The notes: generated from the sequence alone by a model not told the origin. A DNA stretch of 64,000 bases from Ignavibacteria bacterium (GCA_030684555.1 JAUXVN010000071.1:4197-68196); one strand, 5' to 3'; shown: positions 27,456-38,139, numbered from the stretch's first letter. A program made the numbers and translations.

Positions 27456-29765
27456 ATGTTTGAAAAAGAGATAAAATTTATAACTGATTTCAATCTTAAC
27501 AAGATTAAAAAGTCAGGTTCGTTTTTTACTATAACACATCTTGCAGCTGCAAATGTACATCCGGCTATCATTCAATATGTATCCGCTGAATTAGATTATT
27601 TAATTTCAATTGACCGTAATAGACTTCTGCAAAAATCAGTTTTTGATTATTCGGGGGAAGTAATTAACAATTATTTAGAGTTGATCTCCGCCGAAATAAA
27701 AAAAGAAAAACTGATTCCTTATGAAGATATTAAAAGATTAATCTCCCAGGCAGTTGAGTTTAATGTCTATTATTTGATTCGTCCGCGTTGGTGTCTGAAA
27801 AAATTTATTTATGGTGACGAAGAAATTCGGTCACATAATGAGATAAAGACATATCTATGCTATACATACTTTTTCGATTATTATAAAAATATCTTACAAG
27901 CGATTCTCGAAAAAAAGAAGATTGTTTCAATTAGTGTTTATGAATTTGAAGATTTAATTATTAATCTTGAAAAACAATTGATTCAAAAACAACAACAAAC
28001 ATTTATTGAAAATGCACTACAGTCATTGGCTGAGTTCTTCAATTTGGGTGAGATCCAAAAAAGTAAAATTTCAGTAGGTATTGTTGAAAAGTTCCTCTAC
28101 GAAAAAGGTTTGTTAAATGAAATCTTTAAAGTAAGAAAATTATTATCAGTTGATCCAAAAAGTAAATTTGAAGTTGAGGAATTTAAGCAGGCAATTCTTA
28201 GCAATATTTTAGTTGAAACTTCGGACATAGAAATAACAGAAAAAATATTTGAGATGCCGAAAACTTCCTTTGAAGAAGCAGAACAAATTGAGATTCAAGA
28301 AGAAATTGAAATGCTTCAACCGGAATTTCAATCGACTGAAACTCTTACTGAAACAAAAAGTGAGTTTATTATTTCAGAAGCCGATAATTTTGAGGAAGAA
28401 CAGTTTGTTGAGAGTCAAGAAAACAATATTCCGTCAGCAGATAATGAGCTAAATGAAACTGAAGAAGAGTTATTAAATAGTGAAGATGAGTTTAGTATTA
28501 TTAATCAAGTGGATGAGGATGAATCTCTCGAAATCCCGGTTGAAGAAGAATTAATAGAAAACACTGATATAAATTTATTGGATGCAGAATTAGAGTCAGA
28601 ATATAAAGTTGAAGTTGATTCAGAGCCTAAATTTGAATCAATTGACGAAGTAAATGTTGATTCTGAAGTTGAAGAAGAAATTACCCCGGAAGTAGAAGAA
28701 CAAATGGAGTTTCAAGAAGTCTCTGAACTTCCTGATGATGAGAAAAGTTTAGAAGAAACAGAAAATGATTTGAAAATTGAAGAAGAGGTTCAACAAACTG
28801 AAATAGAAGATGAAAATGATATTACTATTAATGATGAAGTAAACATTTCTGAAGAGTTACTACAAAGTGTTCCAGAAGAACAGCAAACCATAGAAAAAGT
28901 TGAAAATCTAGATGAAGCAGTGGCATTGTATGAAGAATTTCTGAGTAGTGATGAAGTTACAACTAATGATATGATTACAAATGACGAATTAAATATTTCT
29001 GAAATAATTGTATCTGAATCTGAACAAACTATTGAAAAAGATAGTATTGACGATTCACCTATAAGCGTAGATGACGATTCTGCTACTTCAATAATTGATG
29101 AAGAAATACTTCCTACTAAGGAATCAGATGATTCCGAAACTGATAATCAATTGGTTGAACAAAAGGATGACGAAATCGATCTCCTAAAAACAATTGAAGA
29201 GGAGATAGAAAATTTACAAAATAGCGAAAGTAGTTTTGTTGAATCTGAAGTTAATACTCTTTTAGTAACAGATGAATTACAGACTTCGGATGAAATTGCT
29301 GAGCTTATCGAAAGTGATTTAGTTGAAGCTTCGATTGAACCTGAGGGTATTGCATCAACTCCAAGTTATGAGGTTGTCGATGATTTTTTAGAAGACAACT
29401 CCATTTTGGAAATTGAACCTCAAAGCGACATACCTGAGATTTTAGATCAAAATATTAAAACAGAAGTTATACAAATTCCGGAAGAAATTTTTCCGATTAA
29501 ATATGTTGTAAAAGCATCAGCCGATGAAATATTTAATCTATTCACTACTAAAGAAACAACCAAAATTATTTCATCAATTTTCCAAAAAGATGAATTGGAT
29601 TTTGTTCACACGGTTGAACAGATTTCTGAATGCAAAAGTTATAAGCGTGTTGAAGAAATCTTAAATTTAGTTTTTCATTCATACAGAATAAATTCACTAA
29701 CACAAAAAGATGCGATAATTTTTAAAGAAAAAATCGCGCTTTATTTTAAGAGAAAAGAGAAATAA
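27456..29765 (+). CDS. Hypothetical protein with a ~400-aa highly acidic (E/D/S-rich) central region
   Basis: Uninterrupted 769-codon ORF. Ordinary-composition N-terminal (~260 aa) and C-terminal (~110 aa) regions flank the low-complexity acidic segment. The stop overlaps the obg ATG. Confidence 0.6.
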   Translation: MFEKEIKFITDFNLNKIKKSGSFFTITHLAAANVHPAIIQYVSAELDYLISIDRNRLLQKSVFDYSGEVINNYLELISAEIKKEKLIPYEDIKRLISQAVEFNVYYLIRPRWCLKKFIYGDEEIRSHNEIKTYLCYTYFFDYYKNILQAILEKKKIVSISVYEFEDLIINLEKQLIQKQQQTFIENALQSLAEFFNLGEIQKSKISVGIVEKFLYEKGLLNEIFKVRKLLSVDPKSKFEVEEFKQAILSNILVETSDIEITEKIFEMPKTSFEEAEQIEIQEEIEMLQPEFQSTETLTETKSEFIISEADNFEEEQFVESQENNIPSADNELNETEEELLNSEDEFSIINQVDEDESLEIPVEEELIENTDINLLDAELESEYKVEVDSEPKFESIDEVNVDSEVEEEITPEVEEQMEFQEVSELPDDEKSLEETENDLKIEEEVQQTEIEDENDITINDEVNISEELLQSVPEEQQTIEKVENLDEAVALYEEFLSSDEVTTNDMITNDELNISEIIVSESEQTIEKDSIDDSPISVDDDSATSIIDEEILPTKESDDSETDNQLVEQKDDEIDLLKTIEEEIENLQNSESSFVESEVNTLLVTDELQTSDEIAELIESDLVEASIEPEGIASTPSYEVVDDFLEDNSILEIEPQSDIPEILDQNIKTEVIQIPEEIFPIKYVVKASADEIFNLFTTKETTKIISSIFQKDELDFVHTVEQISECKSYKRVEEILNLVFHSYRINSLTQKDAIIFKEKIALYFKRKEK

Positions 29766-30754
29766 TGTTCATTGATTATGTCGAGATTGAAATTAAAGCA
29801 GGTAAAGGTGGAGATGGTGCAGTTACTTTTCGAAGGGAAAAATATGTTCCAAAGGGAGGACCTTCAGGCGGGAACGGCGGGAATGGTGGGAATGTAATTC
29901 TCCAGACGGATAATAATTTGTACACTTTGTTGGATTTCAATTATAAGTCAAAATATCATGCGCAACCCGGGGCACCCGGAGCAAACTCATTGAAGGATGG
30001 GAAAACAGGTGATGATGTAATTATTAAAATTCCGGTCGGTACGATTATAAAAAATTTAGAATCCGATGAAATTATTGTTGACCTTGATGAACCCGGAATG
30101 AATTACGTTATTGCCAAAGGAGGGCGTGGTGGAAAGGGAAATAGCAACTTTGCCACTCCAACTAATCAAGCCCCTCGTTTTGCAGAAAAAGGTAAATTGG
30201 GTGATGAACTAAAAGTTGGACTTGAATTAAAGTTGATTGCCGATATAGGATTAGTCGGATTTCCGAATGCAGGTAAATCAACTTTTATTTCTGTCATTTC
30301 TGCTGCTAAGCCAAAGATTGCAGATTATCCATTTACAACGCTCGAGCCAAATTTAGGTATCGTTAGATACAAAGATTATAAATCTTTTACGGTTGCGGAC
30401 ATCCCGGGAATAATAGAGGGAGCATCGGAAGGGAAGGGGCTTGGGCTTCAATTCCTCAGACACATTGAAAGAACTCGAATACTTTTATTCCTAATTGATA
30501 TCACTTCAGAGAATCCTCAAAAGGAATTTGATATTCTAATAAATGAACTTAAAACTTACAGTCCGATGCTCGTTAAAAAGAAAAAAATTATTGCTTTATC
30601 AAAGGCTGATTTAGTAGAAGATGAAATAATTAAGAAATTGAAAAAGAAAAAATTTAGGAAAGCAGATTCTTCAACTTACGTAATCTCTGCCGTAAGCGGG
30701 TTTGGTGTTGCTGAATTATTAGATGTTGCATGGAAAACGATTCAAGAATTATAA
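29765..30754 (+). CDS. obgE: GTPase Obg/CgtA
   Basis: Glycine-rich Obg fold (GKGGDGAVTFRREKYVPKGGPSGGNGGNGG). G domain GFPNAGKSTF, DIPGIIEGA, SKAD. Confidence 0.93.
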   Translation: MFIDYVEIEIKAGKGGDGAVTFRREKYVPKGGPSGGNGGNGGNVILQTDNNLYTLLDFNYKSKYHAQPGAPGANSLKDGKTGDDVIIKIPVGTIIKNLESDEIIVDLDEPGMNYVIAKGGRGGKGNSNFATPTNQAPRFAEKGKLGDELKVGLELKLIADIGLVGFPNAGKSTFISVISAAKPKIADYPFTTLEPNLGIVRYKDYKSFTVADIPGIIEGASEGKGLGLQFLRHIERTRILLFLIDITSENPQKEFDILINELKTYSPMLVKKKKIIALSKADLVEDEIIKKLKKKKFRKADSSTYVISAVSGFGVAELLDVAWKTIQEL

Positions 30755-30772
30755 ATTAGAAACGAGAAAAAA

Positions 30773-31624
30773 ATGAAATCTATTAAATATCTTTATGTCT
30801 CATTAAGTGTCGCATTTCTGTTACTAACTTTTAACGGATGCGATTCAACTACCAATGCATTCAATATTTTTTCTGACGCTGACGATGTACAGCTTGGATT
30901 AGATGTTGTCACTGAGATCAATAGTAATCCTTCTGAGTATCCAATTTTCAGAGGTGATCCATCCGTTAAGTTATATATCAAAACTAGAATTTTTGATGAA
31001 ATACTTGCTTCACCCCAAATTGCAAAAAAGAATGTATATCAATATACAATCGAAATTGTTGATCGTAACGATGTGTTAAATGCTTTCGCTCTTCCGGGTG
31101 GACCAGTTTATGTCTATACAGGTTTATTAAAATATTTAGATACAGAGGCAGCATTAGCGGGTGTAATCGGGCATGAAATAGCTCATGCTGAAAGAAGACA
31201 TGCAACAAATAGACTCACTAAATATTACGGTGTGAGTGTTTTGTTAAGTTTGATTTTAGGTAATAACCCCTCACAGATTGCAGAGATTGCCGCAAATCTA
31301 TTCGTCGGACTAGCTTTTCTTGCAAACAGCCGCTCTGATGAAGATGAAAGCGATAAATTTTCTTTTCAATATTTACAGGACACACGCTATTACCCGGGAA
31401 GCGTCAAATTCTTTTTTGAAAAATTAAATGCTGATGGTTTAATCACCGGTTCTGGAAGTCAGTTAGAAACATTTCTGTCAACCCATCCAGATCCTGTTCA
31501 AAGAATTGCAGTGACTAATCAACGATTGCAAGAGTCCAGTATTGAAGTTAAAAATTATACTGCATCCGGTGAGGGAATTTTTAGAACTGAATACCAAAAT
31601 AATATTTCTTCAAAAATTCCATAA
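30773..31624 (+). CDS. M48-family zinc metallopeptidase lipoprotein
   Basis: Lipobox TFNGC. HEIAHAERRH (HExxH). Downstream DEDESD. Confidence 0.8.
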   Translation: MKSIKYLYVSLSVAFLLLTFNGCDSTTNAFNIFSDADDVQLGLDVVTEINSNPSEYPIFRGDPSVKLYIKTRIFDEILASPQIAKKNVYQYTIEIVDRNDVLNAFALPGGPVYVYTGLLKYLDTEAALAGVIGHEIAHAERRHATNRLTKYYGVSVLLSLILGNNPSQIAEIAANLFVGLAFLANSRSDEDESDKFSFQYLQDTRYYPGSVKFFFEKLNADGLITGSGSQLETFLSTHPDPVQRIAVTNQRLQESSIEVKNYTASGEGIFRTEYQNNISSKIP

Positions 31625-31636
31625 TTAAAGAATTTC

Positions 31637-32635
31637 ATGCATTATAGAAAACTCGGGAAAACAGATTTAACAGTTTCAGAAGTTGGATTTGGTGCGTGGG
31701 GAATCGGTGGTCCTGCAATGGCGGGGGATATTCCTATTGGCTGGGGAAATGTTGATGATAGTGAATCACTCTCCGCTATTAAGGAAGCTGTAAATAAAGG
31801 TATCAATTTTTTTGATACTGCCGATTTTTATGGAGTTGGGCATAGTGAAGAATTATTAGGGAATTTCTTTTTTAAGAATTGGGAAGGAATTGTTCTTGCC
31901 ACAAAAGTTGGACATAAGTTAAATAGTGATCAATCAATCTCACTTGATTATTCCAAAAAACACATCATAAATGCTTGTGATCAAAGTTTAAAAAGATTAA
32001 AAAAAGAGGTGATTGATTTATATCAATTGCACAGTGCAAAATTGGTTCATCTAAAAGAGGGTGAGTGTATTGAAGCAATGGAACAGTTGACAAAAGAGGG
32101 AAAAATTCGATATTGGGGAATATCGCTAAACACATTCAATCCCGAACCGGAAGCTGATTTCTTTTTTCAAAACAATATTGGTTTTTCTTTACAACTTGTA
32201 TTTAATGTCATAAACCAACACACTTTAGAATATGTTATTCCGCAAGCAAACAAAAAGGGATATGGAATTATAGCCAGAATGCCTTTACAATTTGGATTGT
32301 TATCAAGGAAGTTTAGTAAACATACAAAATTTGATAAAGACGATCACCGTAGTTTTAGGCTAACCCCTGACGTTTTAGATAGAGCGCTAGATAAATTGGA
32401 AGTGTTTTGGGATATGGCTGACAGATATAAGATAAGCCCAACTTCACTCGCAATAAGTTTTATTCTTAGCCGCAAAGAAATCTCCACAACAATCCCGGGA
32501 ATTAAGACTGCCTCACAGGCAATTGAGAACTCAAATTATTTATCAAATCTACATTCGGATGACATTAAATTTCTTTATGAATATTACCAAAGCGATTTAA
32601 AGGATGTGGTTAAGCTTTTTAAAGAATTAGGTTAA
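31637..32635 (+). CDS. Aldo/keto reductase family oxidoreductase
   Basis: MHYRKLGKTDLTVSEVGFGAWGIGG, FFDTADFYG, and the overall AKR pattern. Confidence 0.85.
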   Translation: MHYRKLGKTDLTVSEVGFGAWGIGGPAMAGDIPIGWGNVDDSESLSAIKEAVNKGINFFDTADFYGVGHSEELLGNFFFKNWEGIVLATKVGHKLNSDQSISLDYSKKHIINACDQSLKRLKKEVIDLYQLHSAKLVHLKEGECIEAMEQLTKEGKIRYWGISLNTFNPEPEADFFFQNNIGFSLQLVFNVINQHTLEYVIPQANKKGYGIIARMPLQFGLLSRKFSKHTKFDKDDHRSFRLTPDVLDRALDKLEVFWDMADRYKISPTSLAISFILSRKEISTTIPGIKTASQAIENSNYLSNLHSDDIKFLYEYYQSDLKDVVKLFKELG

Positions 32636-32638
32636 CAA

Positions 32639-34600
32639 ATGAAAATATCAATATTAAAAAAAGTAAATCAAATTTTCTTTTTATTATTTATTTTCTCTCT
32701 CTCCCTTTTTTCACAAACTCATATTGAACCTCAAACCATTGAAATAAAAGGATACCCGGTTATTGTTGATGGTGATACATTAATAAAATTTTATGAACCA
32801 TTAGGATCTTTTAATCCGGAAGTCAGAGCAAATGAAACCCAAGCCAGACTTTTAGCACTATTTAATAAAAAAGAAGTAATAGCAGATTCCTTTAATATTA
32901 AGTATCAGAATAACTTCTACCTAATTAGATATAAATCGCAAGTACTATTCAGTATAACTGATTATGATGCAAAATATCTAAATAGAAAATCAGATGAATT
33001 GGCAGAAGAATATCTGGCGATTATCAAAGATGCTGCTTTTGAATACTCAGTAAAATATTCTAATAGCTTTATCCTCAAAAGACTTGGAATTAGTTTGGGG
33101 ATACTTTTACTTCTATTGTTATTACTCTTTCTGCTTAGAAAACTATTTCCAAAAGTTTATATTTTTATAGAGAGCCTTGAAGGTAAACTTTTCAAATCCA
33201 TTTCTATAAAAAAAATAGAAATATTAACCGCAGAAAATCTGATTATCACTTTTCTTGCTTTAGCAAAACTGTTAAGACTATTTACTACGTTACTCATAAT
33301 TTATATTTCAATTGAACAAATTTTTGCTGCACTTCCATGGACTGAGAATTGGCGTTTACCGGCTCTTAGAGGGTTCTTCCTAACCGTATTCTTAACATTT
33401 TTTGCGTTTACATTATTGAAAGGCATAAATTCATTAACTGTTCATATGCTCAAAAGAATTCGAGTCTGGAAGGGTTCATTAATTCGCGGCATCTCAATTA
33501 AAAAAGTTAATATTGTCTCTGAAGAAAGGATAATTAATTCACTATTCGTTCTGCTGAAAACTATAAGAAATGTTATTAATATTCTGATTGTTTATTTCTA
33601 CATTACAGTCGTTTTCAGTCTCTATGAATTTACTCAAAATTGGGCAAGTACACTGATCTCGTACTTAGTTGACCCATTTATTTCTGTAATAAAATCGATG
33701 GTTGAATTTTTACCAAGTCTTGTTTTTATAGTTGTAATAATTATAGTTACGCGCTATATCATAAAATTTATCCGTTTCATTTTTAGTGAAATTGAAAAAG
33801 GTAATTTAGAAATCCCCCGTTTTCTACCTGATTGGTCAATGCCAACATTTAAAATATTCCGATTTCTAATAATTGTTTTTGCTGTTATTATTATTTATCC
33901 ACATTTACCCGGTTCAAGTTCAAAAGCATTTGAAGGAGTGAGTGTTATGCTTGGAATCTTATTATCTTTAGCTTCTGCATCAGCTATTTCCAATATAGTT
34001 TCTGGCACTGTACTAACTTATATGAATGCATTTAAACTTGGAGACAGGGTTAAAATTGCGGATACAGTCGGAGATATTATTGAGAAAACACTTCTTGTTA
34101 CTCGAGTCAGGACTGCTAAGAATGTTGAAATAACAATTCCAAACTCAATTATTTTAAGTAATCACTTAATCAATTTCAGTAAGTCACAAACCGAAAATAA
34201 ATTAATACTACATACAACAGTAACAATCGGATATGATGTACCATGGAAACAAGTTCATCAACTTCTGATTGATGCTGCACTAAATACTGAAGGAATCTTT
34301 AAAGAAATCTCTCCTTTTGTACTTCAAACTAGTTTGGATGATTTTTACGTTAGTTATGAATTGAATGCCTATACAGATAGTCCAAATAGAATGGCATTCA
34401 TTTACTCAGAATTACATGAAAATACTCAAGATAAATTTAATGAAGCCGGAGTTGAAATTATGTCTCCACACTACGGTGCTCATCGCGATGGAAACCAATC
34501 CGCTATCCCATCTGATTATTTACCTAAAGATTATAAAGTACCATCTTTTCAGATTTCACAAATTTGGGAATCGAAAAAAGAGGAAAAAAAGGATGAATAA
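32639..34600 (+). CDS. Mechanosensitive ion channel (MscS family) protein
   Basis: Multiple TM helices followed by the MscS core SNIVSGTVLTYMNAFKLGDRVKIADTVGDIIEKTLLVTRVRT. Confidence 0.85.
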   Translation: MKISILKKVNQIFFLLFIFSLSLFSQTHIEPQTIEIKGYPVIVDGDTLIKFYEPLGSFNPEVRANETQARLLALFNKKEVIADSFNIKYQNNFYLIRYKSQVLFSITDYDAKYLNRKSDELAEEYLAIIKDAAFEYSVKYSNSFILKRLGISLGILLLLLLLLFLLRKLFPKVYIFIESLEGKLFKSISIKKIEILTAENLIITFLALAKLLRLFTTLLIIYISIEQIFAALPWTENWRLPALRGFFLTVFLTFFAFTLLKGINSLTVHMLKRIRVWKGSLIRGISIKKVNIVSEERIINSLFVLLKTIRNVINILIVYFYITVVFSLYEFTQNWASTLISYLVDPFISVIKSMVEFLPSLVFIVVIIIVTRYIIKFIRFIFSEIEKGNLEIPRFLPDWSMPTFKIFRFLIIVFAVIIIYPHLPGSSSKAFEGVSVMLGILLSLASASAISNIVSGTVLTYMNAFKLGDRVKIADTVGDIIEKTLLVTRVRTAKNVEITIPNSIILSNHLINFSKSQTENKLILHTTVTIGYDVPWKQVHQLLIDAALNTEGIFKEISPFVLQTSLDDFYVSYELNAYTDSPNRMAFIYSELHENTQDKFNEAGVEIMSPHYGAHRDGNQSAIPSDYLPKDYKVPSFQISQIWESKKEEKKDE

Positions 34601-34668
34601 TCCATGTTGATTACTATTTGTATTTTTTAGTCCCTTTTGTATATTTGAGGTCTGATTTTTGTTTAATC

Positions 34669-34742
34669 GGCGGGGTAGCTCAGTAGGTTAGAGCAGTGGA
34701 ATCATAATCCACGTGTCGGGGGTTCGAATCCCTCCCCCGCTA
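34669..34742 (+). tRNA. tRNA-Met, elongator type (anticodon CAT); Ile2/lysidine identity not excluded
   Basis: Acceptor ggcgggg/ccccgct. Anticodon arm gtgga-aTCATAa-tccac. It lacks the three consecutive G-C pairs of initiator tRNA. Confidence 0.8.
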
Positions 34743-34764
34743 CAAAAAAATTTAAGGAGAAAAA

Positions 34765-35097
34765 ATGTTCGGTTTACTAATGACTTTAACTGTTTTGGTA
34801 GCAATATTTTTGATTGTGATTGTTCTGTTACAATCAAGTAAAGGTGGTGGACTCGCAGGTACTTTTGGTGGTGCTGGCGGAGTAAGTACTATGTTCGGAA
34901 GTAGAAGAACTGCCGATTTTTTAAGCAAAGCAACCTGGTGGTTAAGTGGTGCTTTAATAGTTTTGGCAATTGTAATTAATCTCTTCTTTTTACCGGGAAG
35001 TGGTACTTCAGATTCACGTGAAAGCATTATCCAGAAATCAGGACAAAATGCGATTCCTTCACAACCTTCTTTACCACAATCAAATCCAAATCAGTAA
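34765..35097 (+). CDS. secG: Preprotein translocase subunit SecG
   Basis: LLQSSKGGGLAGTFGG...MFGSRRTADFLSKATWWL is the typical SecG pattern. Confidence 0.88.
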   Translation: MFGLLMTLTVLVAIFLIVIVLLQSSKGGGLAGTFGGAGGVSTMFGSRRTADFLSKATWWLSGALIVLAIVINLFFLPGSGTSDSRESIIQKSGQNAIPSQPSLPQSNPNQ

Positions 35098-35104
35098 GAT
35101 TTAT

Positions 35105-36370
35105 TTAGCCGGATATTTCATCATATTCGGCTATAATTTCTATTATTTGATCTTGTATTTTTCTAAAGTGATTAATTCCACCTTTCGAAAACTCAAAAAT
35201 CATACTTACAATTAAGTCATCACCATTTTTCGTTTTAAGGTAACCTGATACTGATGAAGCTCCATTTAGTGTTCCGGTTTTTCCTCTAAAATTAAACTCT
35301 GCTGAAGAACTTCCCATTCTTCCCCCCAAGGTACCGTCAACGCCGGCAATACTTAGAGTGTTCAAGAATGCTTCATAGTATTTTAAATTCAAATAAATAT
35401 ATTCCAGTAAACTCACTATTGAGCCTACCGTTATCTGATTATATCTTGATAATCCAGAACCATCTACAATTTTTGTCCCTTTCGATTCTATGTCGTTCTC
35501 AATAATAAACTTATTGATATTTTGAGCTGCATTGAATGCACTCCCTTCTTTTCCAGAAGCGACTGCTCCAACAGTCTTAAACAGACACTCGGCTAAAAAA
35601 TTATCACTTTGTTTATTTACTATACTTAAAATATTTTTTAATGGAACTGATGAGGAGGATAACTCATAAGCCGCATCAGGGGTAAGTCCTTTTGCACTTT
35701 TACCGAATACTTGAATGCCGGCACTCTGTAATTTTTTTGATAATAATTCTGCTATATATGCCGGAGGATCAGCAATTTTGCTATGAACATTTACAAATCT
35801 TTTCCTTCTTTTAACAGCAGTTACTATTTGATTTCGATTTATAACAAGTGCAGAGACAGGTGGAAGATGTACATTCGTTTTTTCATCTTCAATCCAATCA
35901 AATCGTGAATAATGTTGATCAAAATATGAATCATCAGCAATAATATCACCATTAATTGAAGTAACACCTTTATCTAAAAGAGTTTGTACCATTTTATCCA
36001 AATCGCGGTCTGTAAAAAGCGAGTTACCGAATCCTTTTATATATAAGTTGCCGTTTATCTTTCCGTCCTTCTCTTGAACTTTATCAGAAAATATTTTTGT
36101 CGCGATTTGATAATCCGAACCCATCAAAGCCAAAGCAACTCCTGTAGTGAATAATTTAGTATTGGAAGCGGGTATTAAAGATAACCTATGATTGATAGCG
36201 AATACAGTATCATTTGTTAAAGGATTAAGAACCATTACTCCAAAATTTGTTCCTCTTGGAAGAGAGTTAGTGATCTTTTTAAGTTTTTCCCGAATTTGAT
36301 AGTTTGATGCCTGAATTGTTATATTAAATAAAGAAAGGGCAAGCAGAACTGAGAGTGATAAATAATTCAT
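35105..36370 (-). CDS. dacB: D-alanyl-D-alanine carboxypeptidase/endopeptidase (PBP4, peptidase S13)
   Basis: SxxK (PASNTKL), SxN (KQSDNF), KTG (GKTGTL). Confidence 0.85.
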   Translation of the reverse strand: MNYLSLSVLLALSLFNITIQASNYQIREKLKKITNSLPRGTNFGVMVLNPLTNDTVFAINHRLSLIPASNTKLFTTGVALALMGSDYQIATKIFSDKVQEKDGKINGNLYIKGFGNSLFTDRDLDKMVQTLLDKGVTSINGDIIADDSYFDQHYSRFDWIEDEKTNVHLPPVSALVINRNQIVTAVKRRKRFVNVHSKIADPPAYIAELLSKKLQSAGIQVFGKSAKGLTPDAAYELSSSSVPLKNILSIVNKQSDNFLAECLFKTVGAVASGKEGSAFNAAQNINKFIIENDIESKGTKIVDGSGLSRYNQITVGSIVSLLEYIYLNLKYYEAFLNTLSIAGVDGTLGGRMGSSSAEFNFRGKTGTLNGASSVSGYLKTKNGDDLIVSMIFEFSKGGINHFRKIQDQIIEIIAEYDEISG

Positions 36371-36483
36371 GAGTTTCTGTGAAAATATGATTGGTTGAAT
36401 TGAAAATTTACTTTATATTCAAAATTAAAAATAACAATTCATTTTGAATCTAAAAAGTAATTAATGGGAACGTAGGAAAATTT

Positions 36484-37317
36484 ATGGCAAAAATTAAAAA
36501 ACCTGTAAAAGCATATGCTAATATGGAATTTCTTAATTCAGCTGATGCACGAGTAATCAGAATTCTAACTGAATTTTTAGAACCCAAAGCGAGATTTGCA
36601 AAATTCAATATTCTTGACACAATTGTTTTTTTTGGTAGTGCAAGAATTAAATCAAAAAAGGATGCTGTTAAAATTTACAATAATGTTAAAAATCTTGATC
36701 CTAAAAAAACTCCGGATTTTCCAAAGCAGTTACGTGAAGCGCAAAAACTTGTTGAGATGTCAAAATATTATGAGGACGCTGTACTATTAGCTGAAAAATT
36801 AACCAAGTGGTCAATGGGTTTGGAATTAGAAGCTAATCGGTTTACAGTTTGTACCGGCGGCGGACCGGGAATTATGGAAGCAGCAAACAAAGGAGCAAAA
36901 CAAGCCGGTGGTTATTCAATCGGTTTAAATATTAGCATTCCATTTGAACAATTTGTTAATAGATATGTTACACCACAGATGCAGTTTGAGTTCCATTACT
37001 TTTTTATGAGAAAATTCTGGTTCGCATATTTGTCAAAGGCACTGATAGTTTTCCCGGGTGGTTTTGGTACAATGGATGAATTCTTTGAGGTTCTCACCTT
37101 AATTCAGACAGAGAAAATAAAAAAGAATCTAATAATAGTTGCTTATGATGAAAAGTATTGGAAAAGTGTAGTGAATTTTGAATCGTTAGAAGAACATGGA
37201 ATGATAAGCAAAGCAGATTTAAAGTTGTTTCAATTTTGTAGTACTCCCGATGAAGCTTTTGATGTTATAACAAAATATTTTGAAAAAAATTACCTGCGAA
37301 AAAAAGTTCAAAAGTAG
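36484..37317 (+). CDS. LOG/TIGR00730-family Rossmann-fold nucleotide-binding protein
   Basis: GGGPGIMEAANKGA and PGGFGTMDEFFE motifs. Confidence 0.8.
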   Translation: MAKIKKPVKAYANMEFLNSADARVIRILTEFLEPKARFAKFNILDTIVFFGSARIKSKKDAVKIYNNVKNLDPKKTPDFPKQLREAQKLVEMSKYYEDAVLLAEKLTKWSMGLELEANRFTVCTGGGPGIMEAANKGAKQAGGYSIGLNISIPFEQFVNRYVTPQMQFEFHYFFMRKFWFAYLSKALIVFPGGFGTMDEFFEVLTLIQTEKIKKNLIIVAYDEKYWKSVVNFESLEEHGMISKADLKLFQFCSTPDEAFDVITKYFEKNYLRKKVQK

Positions 37318-37320
37318 AAC

Positions 37321-37352
37321 AAAAAAGCCCCAAAAATTGGGGCTTTTTTTTT
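37321..37352. terminator. Bidirectional rho-independent terminator between convergent genes
   Basis: aaaaaagcccc-aaaaatt-ggggcttttttttt, flanked by an A-run and a T-run. Confidence 0.8.
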
Positions 37353-37542
37353 AATCGTTTATATCGTTTCTCTGAGATCTTCGCTGAGCTTTAATTTTTT
37401 CCATTCGTTTTTTAATCGAAGGTTTAACAAAAAAAGTTCTCTTCTTATATTCTTTCAGAACACCGGAACGTTCATATTTCTTCTTGAATCTTTTAAGAGC
37501 TCGATCTATGGATTCGTTTTCTTGAATAACGATACCTACCAA
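37351..37542 (-). CDS. rpsU: 30S ribosomal protein S21
   Basis: ESIDRALKRFKKKYERSGVLKEYKKRTFFVKPSIKKR is the typical bS21 pattern. Confidence 0.9.
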   Translation of the reverse strand: MVGIVIQENESIDRALKRFKKKYERSGVLKEYKKRTFFVKPSIKKRMEKIKAQRRSQRNDIND

Positions 37543-37565
37543 CTAATTCACCTCACTTCAGGGTT

Positions 37566-37946
37566 TTATTTTGTTAATGTTTCTATTAATTTCTTTTGAC
37601 CTAATTTTTGGAATTCAACTGTAATTGAACTTCTACCGCTTGATAATATTTCCTTGGCTACAACAATTCCGAAATCTTCCCAACTCTTGTGGAATATAGA
37701 TTCACCTATTTCAAATGACTTCAAAGGTGAATAATCTGAACATTTTTCTCCGGTAAAATCATTTAAAGTTGGTCTTGCAACACCGTTTTTATCTCTCAAA
37801 TCTATTAATGTAGTCTGTTTACACTTCTTACACTTTGCCCATCTCTTATTTTCATCTGTATTTCCGGATACCTCGCCGGCTAATTCCATTTTTGTAATAC
37901 TGTTACAAAAATTACAAAATCCCTCAATATTCTTAATGCGTGCCAT
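37566..37946 (-). CDS. Hypothetical zinc-ribbon protein
   Basis: CNFCNS...CKKCKQ (CxxC...CxxC). Co-directional with rpsU and immediately upstream of it. Confidence 0.5.
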   Translation of the reverse strand: MARIKNIEGFCNFCNSITKMELAGEVSGNTDENKRWAKCKKCKQTTLIDLRDKNGVARPTLNDFTGEKCSDYSPLKSFEIGESIFHKSWEDFGIVVAKEILSSGRSSITVEFQKLGQKKLIETLTK

Positions 37947-38061
37947 CTAACAACCTTTTCTACTGAATTACAGTTACCAAATATATAAATTGAGTTTTAT
38001 AGATGCAAATTATTCCATGAGTGGGGTAATACAACCAAAAAATGTTTTTAGGAATATCGTA

Positions 38062-38139
38062 CTACTTTTTCAGAGACGCTCCAATCAAACTCCTTAATAG
38101 TCCGGTTCTTCCATGATCAGCAATTATAATTATATCAAT
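38062..38139 (-). pseudogene. Possible remnant of a universal stress protein (UspA family) C-terminus
   Basis: The minus strand reads IDIIIIADHGRTGLLRSLIGASLKK*, resembling the USP core DLIVMGSHGRTGL..LLGSV. An in-frame TGA lies directly upstream and there is no plausible N-terminal part. Confidence 0.35.

Noticed and set aside
28249-28452. 67-aa ORF nested in the acidic protein gene (K/L/R-rich)
   Set aside because: It is an alternative frame of a GAA/GAT-rich repeat region, a frame artefact of low-complexity sequence.
34752-35027. 91-aa minus-strand ORF
   Set aside because: It is antisense to secG, which has a clear family signature.
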